Shown: in pieces, positions 1-10,608 of the stretch | Numbering within the stretch: the stretch's first letter is position 1 | Layout of the letters: each line of letters opens with the position of its first letter | Virus record (IMG/VR): IMGVR_UViG_3300035190_001334 | Coordinates: 32,001 to 96,000 of that record | DNA length: 64,000 nucleotides | Direction: 5' to 3' (one strand) | From: a virus | Notes under the pieces: model-generated | Told to the model about the DNA's origin: nothing | Database searches by the model: none | Seen by the model: the letters and a program-made list of their open reading frames with translations, nothing else | Translations under genes and position numbers: made by a program

Positions 1-2
1 AC

Positions 3-224
3 AAACTACTGCTGACAACTGAGAGCAAACTAGAGTTAGCAACTTCACTTCTTTCTGCATCACACGTTAGATTTAATTTACCTGTAAAAGTCAGACACTT
101 AGAAACAAATTCGAGCCTGTTGTTTAGTAGCTCACTAATAGTAATTGCAAGCTACCTATGGGATTCTTTGTCAGAAATCAATTGGGATTCTATTTCTGAT
201 TCACTGTGGGACAATCTCGGTTAA
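3..224 (+). CDS. 3' end of a truncated hypothetical (possibly baseplate/tail) protein
   Basis: Open frame from the window edge to TAA at 222-224, ending ...YLWDSLSEINWDSISDSLWDNLG (three WD-x repeats). Confidence 0.6.
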   Translation, partial: KLLLTTESKLELATSLLSASHVRFNLPVKVRHLETNSSLLFSSSLIVIASYLWDSLSEINWDSISDSLWDNLG

Positions 225-227
225 TCC

Positions 228-920
228 CTAGTATATAAACCCGTTATAACGGCGCACTTTAAAATTAGCAAAAGGAGAAGTTTTACGCGATGCATCCATT
301 GTTCTCTGCCTGCCTCTTCTTCTGACACTTCCTTCAGGTTCGTTTGGTTTTAGTTCCTCAGGCTTTATTTTCTGCGACTTAGGACTAATTCTTTCTGTGG
401 TAGCGCCAACTGGATTAAGATTATTCAAATCAGTAGGTCTAGAAGCACCAGATTGAGTTTGACCACTTGCATTTGGCACAGTAATAGCTGTAGTGTCGAT
501 AGTTTGTTGACTTGCAGGTAATTGTGCTTGCTGCTTAGGCGCGTTTGGAGTAAATGGCTGATTGTTAATCGGTGTCTGGGTTACATTTGTAGCTGAAGCA
601 TTTGTAGTAGCAGGTAAAAGAGCCTGATTACCAACTTGACCAGCTTTACGCGCTTGCCAAGCATTTCTAAGGCTTGAACCGCCATAACCAGCAGCACCTC
701 CTAATGCAGCACCACCAGCTACTTGACCAGCAAGATTACCAATCGATTTATCATCACTGCCAAGGTAATTAATAGCACCAACACCTGCACCGATGCCAGC
801 ACCAATTTTAGCCGCACCACCAGAAGTAGATAATGCTTTGCCAGCTAATCCTGCCCAATCAAAAGGTGCAAAATTTGCATTTTTATATTTAGTTGCTCTT
901 GCGTATGCTGAAATTCTCAT
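228..920 (-). CDS. Glycine-zipper protein with ANF motifs; putative internal virion protein
   Basis: YARATKYKNANF at the N-terminus, Gly-zipper hairpin IGAGIGAGVGA...VAGGAALGGAAGYG, PFANF near the C-terminus. Confidence 0.65.
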   Translation of the reverse strand: MRISAYARATKYKNANFAPFDWAGLAGKALSTSGGAAKIGAGIGAGVGAINYLGSDDKSIGNLAGQVAGGAALGGAAGYGGSSLRNAWQARKAGQVGNQALLPATTNASATNVTQTPINNQPFTPNAPKQQAQLPASQQTIDTTAITVPNASGQTQSGASRPTDLNNLNPVGATTERISPKSQKIKPEELKPNEPEGSVRRRGRQRTMDASRKTSPFANFKVRRYNGFIY

Positions 921-938
921 GTTTTAGGCAGTAAATTG

Positions 939-1379
939 CTAAAGTAATGCATCTATTGTATCCTGTAGGCTCAAAGAATCAAAACCAGCAGCCACGTACA
1001 TAGGCACTTTTACTGTTGGTTGCCAGTTAGGGTCAGGTTCAGTTTCAGCCATTAATGCGCCTAATGCCTGTGCAGTTTCAGGCGACATTACACCGCCAGC
1101 AACAAGGGTGGTGATGTTATCCTGAATAAATCCAATATCTCCATTTTGAAGGGCAGGAATCAAGCCTTGCCTGTAAGTTAAGCTCTCGCTAATAGGGTGC
1201 TTTTCAGCGTCAGGGATGAGCGTGAATGCTTCTCTGATATCAATTGGTTTAGGCACATCAAGTCTAGGTACTGTGTTTGCAACTTCCACTTCAGTTGCTA
1301 ACAGATAACTCCACAAATCATTGGGATTTGTGATGTTTAGGGCTTCAGATTGAGAAAGAATCCACTGTTGTTTGTTCAT
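939..1379 (-). CDS. Hypothetical protein downstream of fibre genes
   Basis: 146-aa ORF abutting 1380..2231. Confidence 0.55.
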   Translation of the reverse strand: MNKQQWILSQSEALNITNPNDLWSYLLATEVEVANTVPRLDVPKPIDIREAFTLIPDAEKHPISESLTYRQGLIPALQNGDIGFIQDNITTLVAGGVMSPETAQALGALMAETEPDPNWQPTVKVPMYVAAGFDSLSLQDTIDALL

Positions 1380-2231
1380 TTATATCACCGTAATTCCAAA
1401 ATAAGCGCCTTGATTTCGTTCTAGTAGTTGGCGGTCATTGCCAGATAAAACGGATGGGAAAAAAGTAATCTCTTGTACGAACAAATTCCCCCACTCTATC
1501 GCATTTGGAGAAACACCAACACGGAAAAAATCCCCTGTAGTATTGAGAGACCTAGCGTTTGACGCGAATTGAGTGCCATCTCGAAATAAGGTTACAGTTG
1601 TTGAATCAAAAGTAACACTTGCTACTTTTGCTGCAAGTGTAGGCGATTGGTTATCTGTCACATCTTGGTTAAACCCAGCAAAATAAGGGTTCCCAGAGGG
1701 GGAAGCTCTATTTTGCAATAGGAACCAATTGCCTACTCCTCCAGTAGAGCCTTGCCCACAAATTGAATTTGTCCCTAAAGTAGTTTCGGGCTTATAGACG
1801 ACATTCATAGTTCTAGGATTTGCGCCAATAGGAAGCCCAACAGAACCATTAACTAAGGATGTACTTGTCCCGTTGAATCTAATTGCTGGTCTGCCATTTA
1901 CAAGATTTACTACGCCACTTGTTACAATTTGAGGCTGAATCGCAGTGGTTGGTTGAGGTAAATTCCTCGAATTGCCTGATTGGTCGAGCCAAGTAGCAGC
2001 AAACCCATTCCCAACGCCAACAAAGTCAATCAAATCAGGTATATTTAAGTCCCCATTTGAGATAGAGCCAATCCCTCTCACTTCGTTATCGCTAGAGCGG
2101 CGAACAGTCATCAGCGACCCCAAATAATTAGAGTAGAAGCGGCGCACACTATACACCGCAGAGGCGCTTACGGATAATGAATCACCTATAAATTGAGAAC
2201 CACTATCTCTCAATAATCTTCTAGCAAACAT
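1380..2231 (-). CDS. Concanavalin/LamG-like (arabinofuranosidase-B-like) receptor-binding protein
   Basis: YSVRR, VRRSSDN, WLDQSGNSR, NGRPAIRFNG and RQLLERNQGAYFG are motifs typical of this phage lectin-like domain. Confidence 0.65.
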   Translation of the reverse strand: MFARRLLRDSGSQFIGDSLSVSASAVYSVRRFYSNYLGSLMTVRRSSDNEVRGIGSISNGDLNIPDLIDFVGVGNGFAATWLDQSGNSRNLPQPTTAIQPQIVTSGVVNLVNGRPAIRFNGTSTSLVNGSVGLPIGANPRTMNVVYKPETTLGTNSICGQGSTGGVGNWFLLQNRASPSGNPYFAGFNQDVTDNQSPTLAAKVASVTFDSTTVTLFRDGTQFASNARSLNTTGDFFRVGVSPNAIEWGNLFVQEITFFPSVLSGNDRQLLERNQGAYFGITVI

Positions 2232-3373
2232 CAGTACACCTCACAAGATGCTTTTGCTGTAAGTGTTTCAGAGTTGGCAGCAGGAGTAAAAGCTGCATTA
2301 CAGCGCAGGTAAAACCACAAGCTAGTAGCCTCTAGAGGAGTGATAAATTTGATGTTTTTGGCAACCGCAAATACTTTATCCCCAATCACAGTAATAGTAA
2401 GCGGATACCCATCGGCAGGTGCAGCTGCATTAGGGAGTGTAGCTGTGAGCAGTGAATTATCAGATACTGGAGAGCCTGCTACTTGAGTATCAGCTTCAGT
2501 TGTAAAAAAACGTACTGAAAGCGCCATATTTGTAGGGATAGCGGTGATATCAATAATCACTTGGAAATCATTGATAAACAATGATTGACCATTAGCACCC
2601 ACATTAGCAAATACACCTCTACCACCATAACTATCCCCTATTGAGTATTGTGCAAGACCAGAGGTGCGAGTGATTAGGGCTGATGTTAGTTCTTTTACTT
2701 TTGGGGTAAAAGGGGTAAGTGCTGATAGTTGTGCAGCAGGGAGGACTACAGGTACTGAACTAGCGACTAAGGCTTGTCCTAGGGCTGGTGTCTTACTATC
2801 TATAGAAGTAAGAGAAGCATTTCCAGTTGTTTGATTCGCTGCTGTAGATACACCCGCAACGCTTACTTGTGAAGTATTTGCCGCCGCTCTTAAAGCTACT
2901 GTAGCTGTACCTGTGACGGCTGCAAGAGCGCTCAATCTAAATTTTGCGTGTCCTATAACTTCAATCTGCCAAATCCCCACAGACGCGCTTGGAATAGTAG
3001 CACTATTCGCACCTGTGACCATATTTTTAAATACGGCATTCGTAGGAGTAACCCAATTAGTCCCATCGGTGGTGATTTGTGCTGATAGAGCGCCTGTATA
3101 AGTTCCAGTTACTTGAATCGTAACTGTACCTTTGCTATCAAGGTCTATAGATACAGTGGAGCCAGCCGTTGCAGCACCAGTGGGAACTAGATTTTGAGTG
3201 GTAATTGTACCTGTTGCAGTTGTATCAGCAACACCACCAGAACCTATACCTAGCAGACTATTTAACGTATCTAGCCTATCTATTTGACTTTGCTCAAGCT
3301 TAGCCCCACGCTCAGAATCTAAATACGACTCTAGCCCAGCTTTCTCTGCGGTTAATTTATCTGTGAGCGACAT
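2231..3373 (-). CDS. Putative tail-fibre/virion structural protein
   Basis: Thr/Ala/Gly-rich, beta-type 380-aa ORF, translationally coupled to the LamG-like gene. Confidence 0.5.
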   Translation of the reverse strand: MSLTDKLTAEKAGLESYLDSERGAKLEQSQIDRLDTLNSLLGIGSGGVADTTATGTITTQNLVPTGAATAGSTVSIDLDSKGTVTIQVTGTYTGALSAQITTDGTNWVTPTNAVFKNMVTGANSATIPSASVGIWQIEVIGHAKFRLSALAAVTGTATVALRAAANTSQVSVAGVSTAANQTTGNASLTSIDSKTPALGQALVASSVPVVLPAAQLSALTPFTPKVKELTSALITRTSGLAQYSIGDSYGGRGVFANVGANGQSLFINDFQVIIDITAIPTNMALSVRFFTTEADTQVAGSPVSDNSLLTATLPNAAAPADGYPLTITVIGDKVFAVAKNIKFITPLEATSLWFYLRCNAAFTPAANSETLTAKASCEVY

Positions 3374-3422
3374 CCGCTTACCAATTTATTAATTTTCTAC
3401 TTCTATTGTATACTATTAAAAT

Positions 3423-4280
3423 ATGACAGTAAAAATTGGATATTCCATCAGCGATGTTTCAGCAATCAAAGCTCTTCCGACAGCTTTGCTTCTAAATGGC
3501 TATGCACGTTTATGTAGGTCAGTCAATGCGTGGTTTAGCTATAATTCCGCCTCTACGGCTACTGCTGATGATGTGTCGATATTATTACCAGCTTCAGGTA
3601 TCGGTAGATGGTTTAAGCTAAAAGCTGACGTAGCTGCGACTGATGTACTTAATTTTAGCGAAGCAGTAGATGACCGAGTTGCTTCGCTTATACAAAATAG
3701 CTCGACAATTAGTGCTAGTTATAATGACACTGCTAATACACTTACTTTTTCTGTGGTAAACGCAAGTATTGGTGATACGCAGGTTAGTAGTCTCAGCCAG
3801 TCAAAAATAACAAATTTAACGAGCGACCTAGCAAGTAAACTTTCAGCAAATCAAAATATTACTGTGTCTGGGGATGCAACTGGAAGTGGGGCAACAAGCA
3901 TTACTCTAACACTTGGAAATTCGGGTGTGACCGCAGGAAGCTATACAAATGCAAATATCACTGTGGATGCTAAAGGAAGAGTGACAAGTGCCGCTAATGG
4001 CACTGAATCAATTCAAGATGAGATAGCTAATACTTTAGTTGCTGGTACAAATATTTCTTTAAACTACAATGACACCGCAGGTACTTTGACTATTAATTCT
4101 ACTGCTGGAAGTTCTGGCACTAACGTAGAAATTAGAGATGGGGGTATAACATTGACTTCTGCGGCGACAAGTCTTAATTTTGTGGGTAATGGTGTAGTAG
4201 TCTCAAATACTGGAAGCGATGTGACTGTTACAATAGAAGGTAACAAAGCAGGACTTTATGAATTTTTTAATTTAATTTAA
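3423..4280 (+). CDS. Tail fibre protein
   Basis: Fibre motif SGVTAGSYTNANITVDAKGRVTSA, duplicated YNDTA(N/G)TLT repeat, and an N-terminal ...AIKAL...GRWFK module shared with 20085..21683. Confidence 0.65.
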   Translation: MTVKIGYSISDVSAIKALPTALLLNGYARLCRSVNAWFSYNSASTATADDVSILLPASGIGRWFKLKADVAATDVLNFSEAVDDRVASLIQNSSTISASYNDTANTLTFSVVNASIGDTQVSSLSQSKITNLTSDLASKLSANQNITVSGDATGSGATSITLTLGNSGVTAGSYTNANITVDAKGRVTSAANGTESIQDEIANTLVAGTNISLNYNDTAGTLTINSTAGSSGTNVEIRDGGITLTSAATSLNFVGNGVVVSNTGSDVTVTIEGNKAGLYEFFNLI

Positions 4281-4284
4281 TTTT

Positions 4285-4665
4285 ATGGCAGCATCACCAG
4301 CATATACAGCTACACCAAGAACAGAAAGAGCCGAAATATCTATTGCTAATACTAATCGCGATGGTACAGGTACTATTGTCAATCTTTTTACTGCTGGAAC
4401 TGGCGGTAGTAGACTAGAAAGAATTACAATTTGTGCTACGGGAACAACTACGGATGGAATAATCCGTTTGTATCTATATGACGGAACAAATACAGATTTA
4501 TGGAAAGAATTACCAGTTACCGCAGTAACTCCAAGTGGAACTGTTTTGGCATACACTATCCAACTAGTATCTTTGGCTTTTATACTTAGTAATGGAAAGA
4601 GTATAAAAGTATCTACGCAAAATGCCGAAAATTTTCGAGTTATTGCTGAAGGAGGTGATTTTTAA
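4285..4665 (+). CDS. Small virion structural protein (fibre-associated)
   Basis: 126-aa beta-rich ORF in the fibre operon. Confidence 0.5.
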   Translation: MAASPAYTATPRTERAEISIANTNRDGTGTIVNLFTAGTGGSRLERITICATGTTTDGIIRLYLYDGTNTDLWKELPVTAVTPSGTVLAYTIQLVSLAFILSNGKSIKVSTQNAENFRVIAEGGDF

Positions 4666-5459
4666 TGAATTTTGGTACTTTTGGTATACCTGTAGGATTG
4701 GGACTTAACTCTGGCTTGTTTAGTTTGCCTACCTATAAAAATTTATGGACTCCAACTTATATTACAACTCAATTATGGCTAGACTCTGCTGCACTAGAAA
4801 CAATCACTATTAGCTCTGGAATTGTAAACCAATGGAAGGATAAATCTGGGAATAATCACACTTTTTCTAATGGGGATTCTTCTGCTTGTCCATCTTATGT
4901 AGCTAATTCCTTAAATAATTTACCAGCGTTAATGTTTGATGGAGTTAATGATACCTTGAGTACTAGTATTATTAATACTCAATCGACTAATACAAGTACT
5001 TTTGTAGTGTCGAAACCTTCTTCAATTAATGTAAAAGGACACACTTTTAAAAATGGGGATTCTGACGGCTATGCAATAGGCTATGGTAGTAGTACATCAG
5101 ATAATAATGGGAATAGTTTTATTTATTTGAGAGAAGCAATACAATGGCATCCCTCTTTGTCCTATGGTGGTACTGCATCAAACATAGTCTCTTCTATATT
5201 GGGAGATAGTACTATTGTTAATTACTTAAATGGTAATAATATACAAACAATAGCAGGTAGCCCTTTAGCTCCTTCAGGAAATACTTATATTGGTGGTTCA
5301 CGACATTTTAGCGGGAATGTATTTGAGGTAATATTTTGTTCTTCAGTTCTTACAAATATAGACCGCCAAAAAGTAGAAGGATACCTAGCCCATAAATGGG
5401 GATTAACAGCTAGCTTACCAAATACTCATCTTTACAAATCTTTACCACCCCTTTTATAA
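4665..5459 (+). CDS. LamG/concanavalin-like receptor-binding protein
   Basis: LWLDS, QWKDKSGN, FDGVND and RQKVEGYLAHKWGL motifs; resembles 1380..2231. Confidence 0.65.
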   Translation: MNFGTFGIPVGLGLNSGLFSLPTYKNLWTPTYITTQLWLDSAALETITISSGIVNQWKDKSGNNHTFSNGDSSACPSYVANSLNNLPALMFDGVNDTLSTSIINTQSTNTSTFVVSKPSSINVKGHTFKNGDSDGYAIGYGSSTSDNNGNSFIYLREAIQWHPSLSYGGTASNIVSSILGDSTIVNYLNGNNIQTIAGSPLAPSGNTYIGGSRHFSGNVFEVIFCSSVLTNIDRQKVEGYLAHKWGLTASLPNTHLYKSLPPLL

Positions 5460-8158
5460 TGACCTTAATTAAACCGTCTACGACATACTACTATCGCACT
5501 AAAGCTGTCAATCTTGATGGTGAATCTGCATATTCAAATATAGTCTCCGTGACTACTCCAGTTTCATCAATTGGCGTAAATATTACACCTCCATCTCCGT
5601 CAGCACCGATAATCATCGCTTCAGAAAAAAATAGTAATTCTATCAAAGTCGAGATACAAAAAAATCTACCAAACGAATACATAAAAGAGCTAAAACTTGA
5701 TGTATCGTTAAACGCCGACTTCAGCGCACCCCTTTATTCTGGACTGACATTTTTACTCCCAGATAACGTAGTTGGGACAGAAAAAGAAACTCTAGCACTC
5801 ACTATTGGCGGCTTGGCGGCAAATACACTCTACTACTACCGATTACGTTTCTCAAATGCAACTGGACTATCTGCGTGGACTTCTACTTCGCTTTCAACAA
5901 CCACGAACTTCCCTATTCCAGACGCTTTAGGCACAACGAACCTCACTGCTATTGCCGCCCGACTTAATTGGGGCAAAGTAACTGGCGCGACCACCTATTT
6001 TGTAGATTTGGCGACCAATTCTAGTTTTACATCCTTAATTCTTGATAATGTCAATGTAGGAGATGTAAGTTTTCGAGATGTAGGGTCGCTTACTGCTGAA
6101 AACCAATACTACTATCGGGTAAGAGCTTCAAATGGAACTATAACCTCAGCCAATAGTAATATAGTAACTTTTACAACACTTAGGGATGTAGAAACTTATA
6201 ATGAGCAGTTTCAAAATCTTGCCACACCGACAATTAGCAATATTACTGATATATATTTAACTTCTTTTTCTACCTCTTGGAACGCAGTGGATTTGGCGGA
6301 TAGCTATAGTGTTCAAGTATCGGCAGCTTCAGATTTTAGCTCGATTGCTCAAACTATTGCAACCAAGAATACGTCGGTCATCTTTACGGGACTAACTGCG
6401 GCAACTGTCTACTATGTGCGAGTACGGGCAATTTCTGTATGGCAAACGACTGCATATTCCGCTACACAAGTTGTAACTACTCTTTCACTTAATACTTCTC
6501 TCAATCCCCCTCAACTGCTCACACCGACAACAATCACTTCTCGTAGTATCTTATTTCAATGGGTTCTACGCAGTTATGCAACTCGATATTTGTTTGAGTT
6601 AAGTACTTCATCCGTATTTGCTTCGGTTGCTTATTCTACTATCGTAGGGAATGTCGGGTCTTTGTTGTTGGATGAAGGCATTAGCCCTGCAACAATCTAT
6701 TATTCACGTATTAGGGCGCTCAATTCTAGTCAGTCCTCAGATTACTCCAATGCAGTTACTACAACAACTTCAGCAGCCCTTACAAGCATCACTGGAATCA
6801 CTACAACTAGCATTACCGATACTTCGGCAGTTATTGGGTGGACTTTGAATGGCAGCTACACCAATTATTTGCTGTCAGTATGGAAAACAGAGTCAAATGC
6901 TTACTTAGGGGTCAACTTCTACCGCAACAAGAGCCTCGGCAACACCAACACACATACAATTGACCTATTCTTAGAGCCAAGTAGCAACTACAACTACACA
7001 ATCACTGGAAAAACAGCATCTGGCGACACAAAAACAACTGCGATACAGACATTTTCGACAAAAGCCGCCGCCCCAATACTGCAACTAGCCAAAAACCTCC
7101 TAACTTGGACATACAATCTCAACAATCTTGAAGTTAGCACTGATTCTGACTTCAAGTTCTTGCTTAGGGGGTATCCAAGAACGGTTACGGACAATGGCAG
7201 CTTCAATATAGAGAATTTGCTCGATTCCAACAACAATTACTATATTCGCGGCAACTTTAACGGCGGCATTTACTCCAATGTGGTCAGTACATCAGCTTTG
7301 GCGGTCTACAAGGGCATCGTTGGCAAAACTTCCTTTTCTGCCATCTGGAAGCGCAGTGCTGGAGCTACTTCATACAGTGTCCAACTAAAAGTGCTAGATA
7401 CTGGCAACTATGTGCCTGTAAGTGGCTTCACGTTCCCTAAGAATGTAGGCGACGTTAATAGCTACACATTTGAATCTCTTTCTGCTGACACACAATATCA
7501 GGTAATTGTATATGACTCCAATTCAAACGTTTCTACTCCATACCTATTCAAAACTAATTTGTTTAGTGATACAGAAGAACCTAGTACTGCATCTCTTACG
7601 GTTCCTACAGTAACTCTTAGTGGAAGTGCTGATTTTGACCGAGCAAACGTAGTATTAACTGGCTATTCTAAGTATCTAGTCAATTTGGCGCGAGATAGTG
7701 CATTCACACTCGACAATACCTATTTTGAGAGCAGTTCCAATAATATCGAGCTTTTACTCAAACCTAATCGTACATATTATTTACGCGCCTATGGTTACAA
7801 CGGTACTAATCGCACAGCTTCACCATCAACTACACTTACTATCAATACACCAGCAGAGCCATACACAGCGTTAGCCATCTCTTCTGCACCAAGTATTACT
7901 AACGTCAATATACTTGATGAATCACAGGTTGAAATTAAGTTCGCTCAAGTAAGTAATGCTACCGATTATAAGTTGGAGATTAGTCGTGCAAGTACTTTCA
8001 CAATTCTCGAAGAGCTTAGTGTTACTAGGTCTGCTGATAACAAATTCTTAATCTTCGGATTGAGTGGAACGACTGTATATTATGCTAGGTTGTATGCTTT
8101 CAATAGCACCAAAATCAGCGCTTACTCTGGAACCACAATAATCGATACTACCCCATAA
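5459..8158 (+). CDS. Fibronectin type III repeat protein (virion surface)
   Basis: Repeated W...A..Y...S....F...L.....YY.R(V/I)RA pattern, about 8 FN3-like units. Confidence 0.8.
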   Translation: MTLIKPSTTYYYRTKAVNLDGESAYSNIVSVTTPVSSIGVNITPPSPSAPIIIASEKNSNSIKVEIQKNLPNEYIKELKLDVSLNADFSAPLYSGLTFLLPDNVVGTEKETLALTIGGLAANTLYYYRLRFSNATGLSAWTSTSLSTTTNFPIPDALGTTNLTAIAARLNWGKVTGATTYFVDLATNSSFTSLILDNVNVGDVSFRDVGSLTAENQYYYRVRASNGTITSANSNIVTFTTLRDVETYNEQFQNLATPTISNITDIYLTSFSTSWNAVDLADSYSVQVSAASDFSSIAQTIATKNTSVIFTGLTAATVYYVRVRAISVWQTTAYSATQVVTTLSLNTSLNPPQLLTPTTITSRSILFQWVLRSYATRYLFELSTSSVFASVAYSTIVGNVGSLLLDEGISPATIYYSRIRALNSSQSSDYSNAVTTTTSAALTSITGITTTSITDTSAVIGWTLNGSYTNYLLSVWKTESNAYLGVNFYRNKSLGNTNTHTIDLFLEPSSNYNYTITGKTASGDTKTTAIQTFSTKAAAPILQLAKNLLTWTYNLNNLEVSTDSDFKFLLRGYPRTVTDNGSFNIENLLDSNNNYYIRGNFNGGIYSNVVSTSALAVYKGIVGKTSFSAIWKRSAGATSYSVQLKVLDTGNYVPVSGFTFPKNVGDVNSYTFESLSADTQYQVIVYDSNSNVSTPYLFKTNLFSDTEEPSTASLTVPTVTLSGSADFDRANVVLTGYSKYLVNLARDSAFTLDNTYFESSSNNIELLLKPNRTYYLRAYGYNGTNRTASPSTTLTINTPAEPYTALAISSAPSITNVNILDESQVEIKFAQVSNATDYKLEISRASTFTILEELSVTRSADNKFLIFGLSGTTVYYARLYAFNSTKISAYSGTTIIDTTP

Positions 8159-8162
8159 AAAT

Positions 8163-8330
8163 ATGATGAAACACTTCACTCATTTCGCTAAGGCTCATTC
8201 GTCGGGCGCTAACTTTGCAAATATTTATCAAACAGGGCTACAAAATTTGATTAGTCCTGTTGTAGAAAAAGAAACTAAAAAATACGTCAGAAAAAAGAAA
8301 GAGCAAGCAGAGGCAGAAAAGGAGGGTTAG
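8163..8330 (+). CDS. 55-aa small protein with ANF motif (not in ORF track)
   Basis: MMKHFTHFAKAHSSGANFANIYQTGLQNLISPVVEKETKKYVRKKKEQAEAEKEG; starts 4 nt after the FN3 gene stop. Confidence 0.6.
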   Translation: MMKHFTHFAKAHSSGANFANIYQTGLQNLISPVVEKETKKYVRKKKEQAEAEKEG

Positions 8331-9859
8331 GCTTGCGGCGCTCCATCTTGAGGAGGATATTGCTCAGCTTGTCCTTCAATTGGGGCTGGAGGAGCCTGAA
8401 GTTGATTAATTTGCGCCTGTAGAGCCAATACTTCACTTTGTTTTTGCAACTCTTTTTGTATCTCAGCTTTGAGTGCATCTTCTTGTTTCTTGGCTTTCTC
8501 ATCTTCATCGAGTGAAGGTAATCCAAGGTTCTTACGGATAAGGCTAAGTACCTCAACGTCATCGGCAGGAATGATGCCAGATGCAATGAGCGAGGTAATG
8601 GTGCTGAGACGACCATTAACTGTTGCTTGGTCTTCTTCGACATCGAATACAAACTCGCCCCAATCTTCGCTGAACCAACTTGAAGGGAAGTTGTCGTGCA
8701 ATAAACCACGAATCATTTTGTGGATAATTTCGTGCTTGAGTGTGGTAGTTAGTGCGAAGATGGTTGAGTCAAAGGTCATCTTGAAATTTTGACCAAAGCC
8801 GTTATTACCTAGATTTGTCGTTCCTGAGCCGCTATTAACGTCAAAGATGCCTGAAGGTATGGCGAAACTGGATTGAATGCCTCTGTCGATGTATTCTAGC
8901 GCTTTGAAATGGTTTTCGCTAGTGTTTTGTATTTGGATGCGAGTAAGTTCAACGTCGCTATCCGTAACAATGAATCCTCGCTTTTGGATATCTTTTAGTT
9001 GGTGCGAAAGAGCAGCTTGTTTTGTTAGTTGGAGTGGCTTGCCCTTGTTGTCTTTTTTGACGTTACCTTTGGTGTCAACCATTGTGGTCGTACCGTTGTT
9101 GGGTGTTTTTGCCCAGAGTAGACCTTCGCTATCGTTTTTGATGCGAAGTGCTAAGTGGGTGAGTACTACTTTTTTTAATTTGTAATATGAATTTGCCGCA
9201 AACCCGTCCCCCACACCCCATACGGCGGTTTTGTCAAAGGCTGCTCCGCTTGTGTTTGTGATGTGTAAGAGCTTCTGATATGGAATTTTTACTTGCTTCC
9301 CATTTCCATTATCGTACAAAACCCACTCAATCTTCCCAGAACTTTTAGATGACTTTCCAAAAGATATGATTTGCTCAGGATTTAAAACGTGGATGTTGCC
9401 GATTCTCCACTGACCACGATAACCTCTGATTTTAGCTGACTTAGTGAACTCAGCAAGAGCTATTCCATAGAGGATTACTGAGCTAAACATCTGGAATATG
9501 ATTTTTTTAAAGCTTTTTGGTAAAGTTTTTAGGTTGGAATTTATAAAAACTTCTATTTCTTTCTTGCTATGTTTATATTCGCCAAATGAGCTTGTACATC
9601 TTAACGCTTTGAAACTTAAGCACTGTTTGGCTACGGGGTCGCGATTACCTAGCTCACTTAACTGTTTTATGCTAGGGCGCTCGTTTTCATTGGGGTGCGC
9701 TATTTCAGCATGAGCATCTGCCGTCAATGACTGAATTTCTACGCTATACATTCCTTGTACGCCAGCATTCATAGGGACTGGAGTGTTGGCGAATAAAAGC
9801 TCGTCGTCTAGCTCTGCTAAATTAAGTGATAGTTGTGTGGCTTCTGCTTCGAGAGGCAT
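8327..9859 (-). CDS. Portal protein (Mu gp29/DUF935-like)
   Basis: 510 aa with DPVAKQCL, ILYGIALAE, IPYQKLLHI, WGVG, EYIDRGI pattern and a Q/P-rich C-tail typical of portals. Confidence 0.75.
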   Translation of the reverse strand: MPLEAEATQLSLNLAELDDELLFANTPVPMNAGVQGMYSVEIQSLTADAHAEIAHPNENERPSIKQLSELGNRDPVAKQCLSFKALRCTSSFGEYKHSKKEIEVFINSNLKTLPKSFKKIIFQMFSSVILYGIALAEFTKSAKIRGYRGQWRIGNIHVLNPEQIISFGKSSKSSGKIEWVLYDNGNGKQVKIPYQKLLHITNTSGAAFDKTAVWGVGDGFAANSYYKLKKVVLTHLALRIKNDSEGLLWAKTPNNGTTTMVDTKGNVKKDNKGKPLQLTKQAALSHQLKDIQKRGFIVTDSDVELTRIQIQNTSENHFKALEYIDRGIQSSFAIPSGIFDVNSGSGTTNLGNNGFGQNFKMTFDSTIFALTTTLKHEIIHKMIRGLLHDNFPSSWFSEDWGEFVFDVEEDQATVNGRLSTITSLIASGIIPADDVEVLSLIRKNLGLPSLDEDEKAKKQEDALKAEIQKELQKQSEVLALQAQINQLQAPPAPIEGQAEQYPPQDGAPQA

Positions 9860-9886
9860 TTTAAAGTGGTATATGAAAGTATTAGT

Positions 9887-10552
9887 CTATTCTAGCGCAT
9901 TATAAGCATAGGCTAATTTCTCTTCGTCAGTGGCATTGCGCCAGCCCTCCCATTTAGGTTTTGTATTCCTTATTCTGCGATACAAAGTATTAAGCAATAC
10001 TTGTTCCGCTTCGGCTGCAATTTTTCTTGTTGGGTAGTATTTCCCGTTTATCATAACTGGCAAAGTTCTCCAGTGGTTCTCCCCACTAATTTTCTCTAGA
10101 GTTTCTTTAGATTTAAGCTTGCCGAGTTTTGCTATATGCTCTGGACTAAGTTTTCTACCCTTTTTCGCCTTGCTTAGCTTCTTCTTGTGTTCCTCGGTGA
10201 ATTTCTTACCCTTTTTCACAGCACTAAGTTTAGCCCTCATTTCTGGGGTTTGAATGCCCCCACCATAACCTCCAAGACAGATATTATAGGTATCGGGACG
10301 CTCTATAAATTCCTGAGTGACCATTTCAGCTTCAGCCAAATAAGCACCCTCAGCACAGGAAAATTCTGCAAGAGTAATCCTGCTAAAATTAGCTCTTCCA
10401 TATTTTTCAATAGCTGGTTTTAAGGCATAGCCACTGCCAAGATAGCGTTTGGAGTCAAAGGTATCGGTCAGTCTATGTACCCCAACATAAATCCTGCCAT
10501 TGCAAACGTTCGTAGTTTGATATAAAATCCAAGTCTCTTTATCTGTTTCCAT
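9887..10552 (-). CDS. GIY-YIG homing endonuclease with NUMOD3-like repeats
   Basis: ILYQTTN...IYVGVH...YLGSG...KYGRANF...YNICLGG; repeats KGKKFTEEHKKKLS / KGRKLSPEHIAKL. Confidence 0.9.
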   Translation of the reverse strand: METDKETWILYQTTNVCNGRIYVGVHRLTDTFDSKRYLGSGYALKPAIEKYGRANFSRITLAEFSCAEGAYLAEAEMVTQEFIERPDTYNICLGGYGGGIQTPEMRAKLSAVKKGKKFTEEHKKKLSKAKKGRKLSPEHIAKLGKLKSKETLEKISGENHWRTLPVMINGKYYPTRKIAAEAEQVLLNTLYRRIRNTKPKWEGWRNATDEEKLAYAYNALE

Positions 10553-10608
10553 TGCAAATATACCTTACCTGAGTTATAATAATAAGTATAACACACTGTG
10601 AGTACAAA

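Noticed and set aside
9860-9910. Orphan 5' gene remnant beside the first endonuclease cassette
   Set aside because: The short frame MKVLVYSSAL does not resemble the start of 10756..11502, so this copy looks intergenic.
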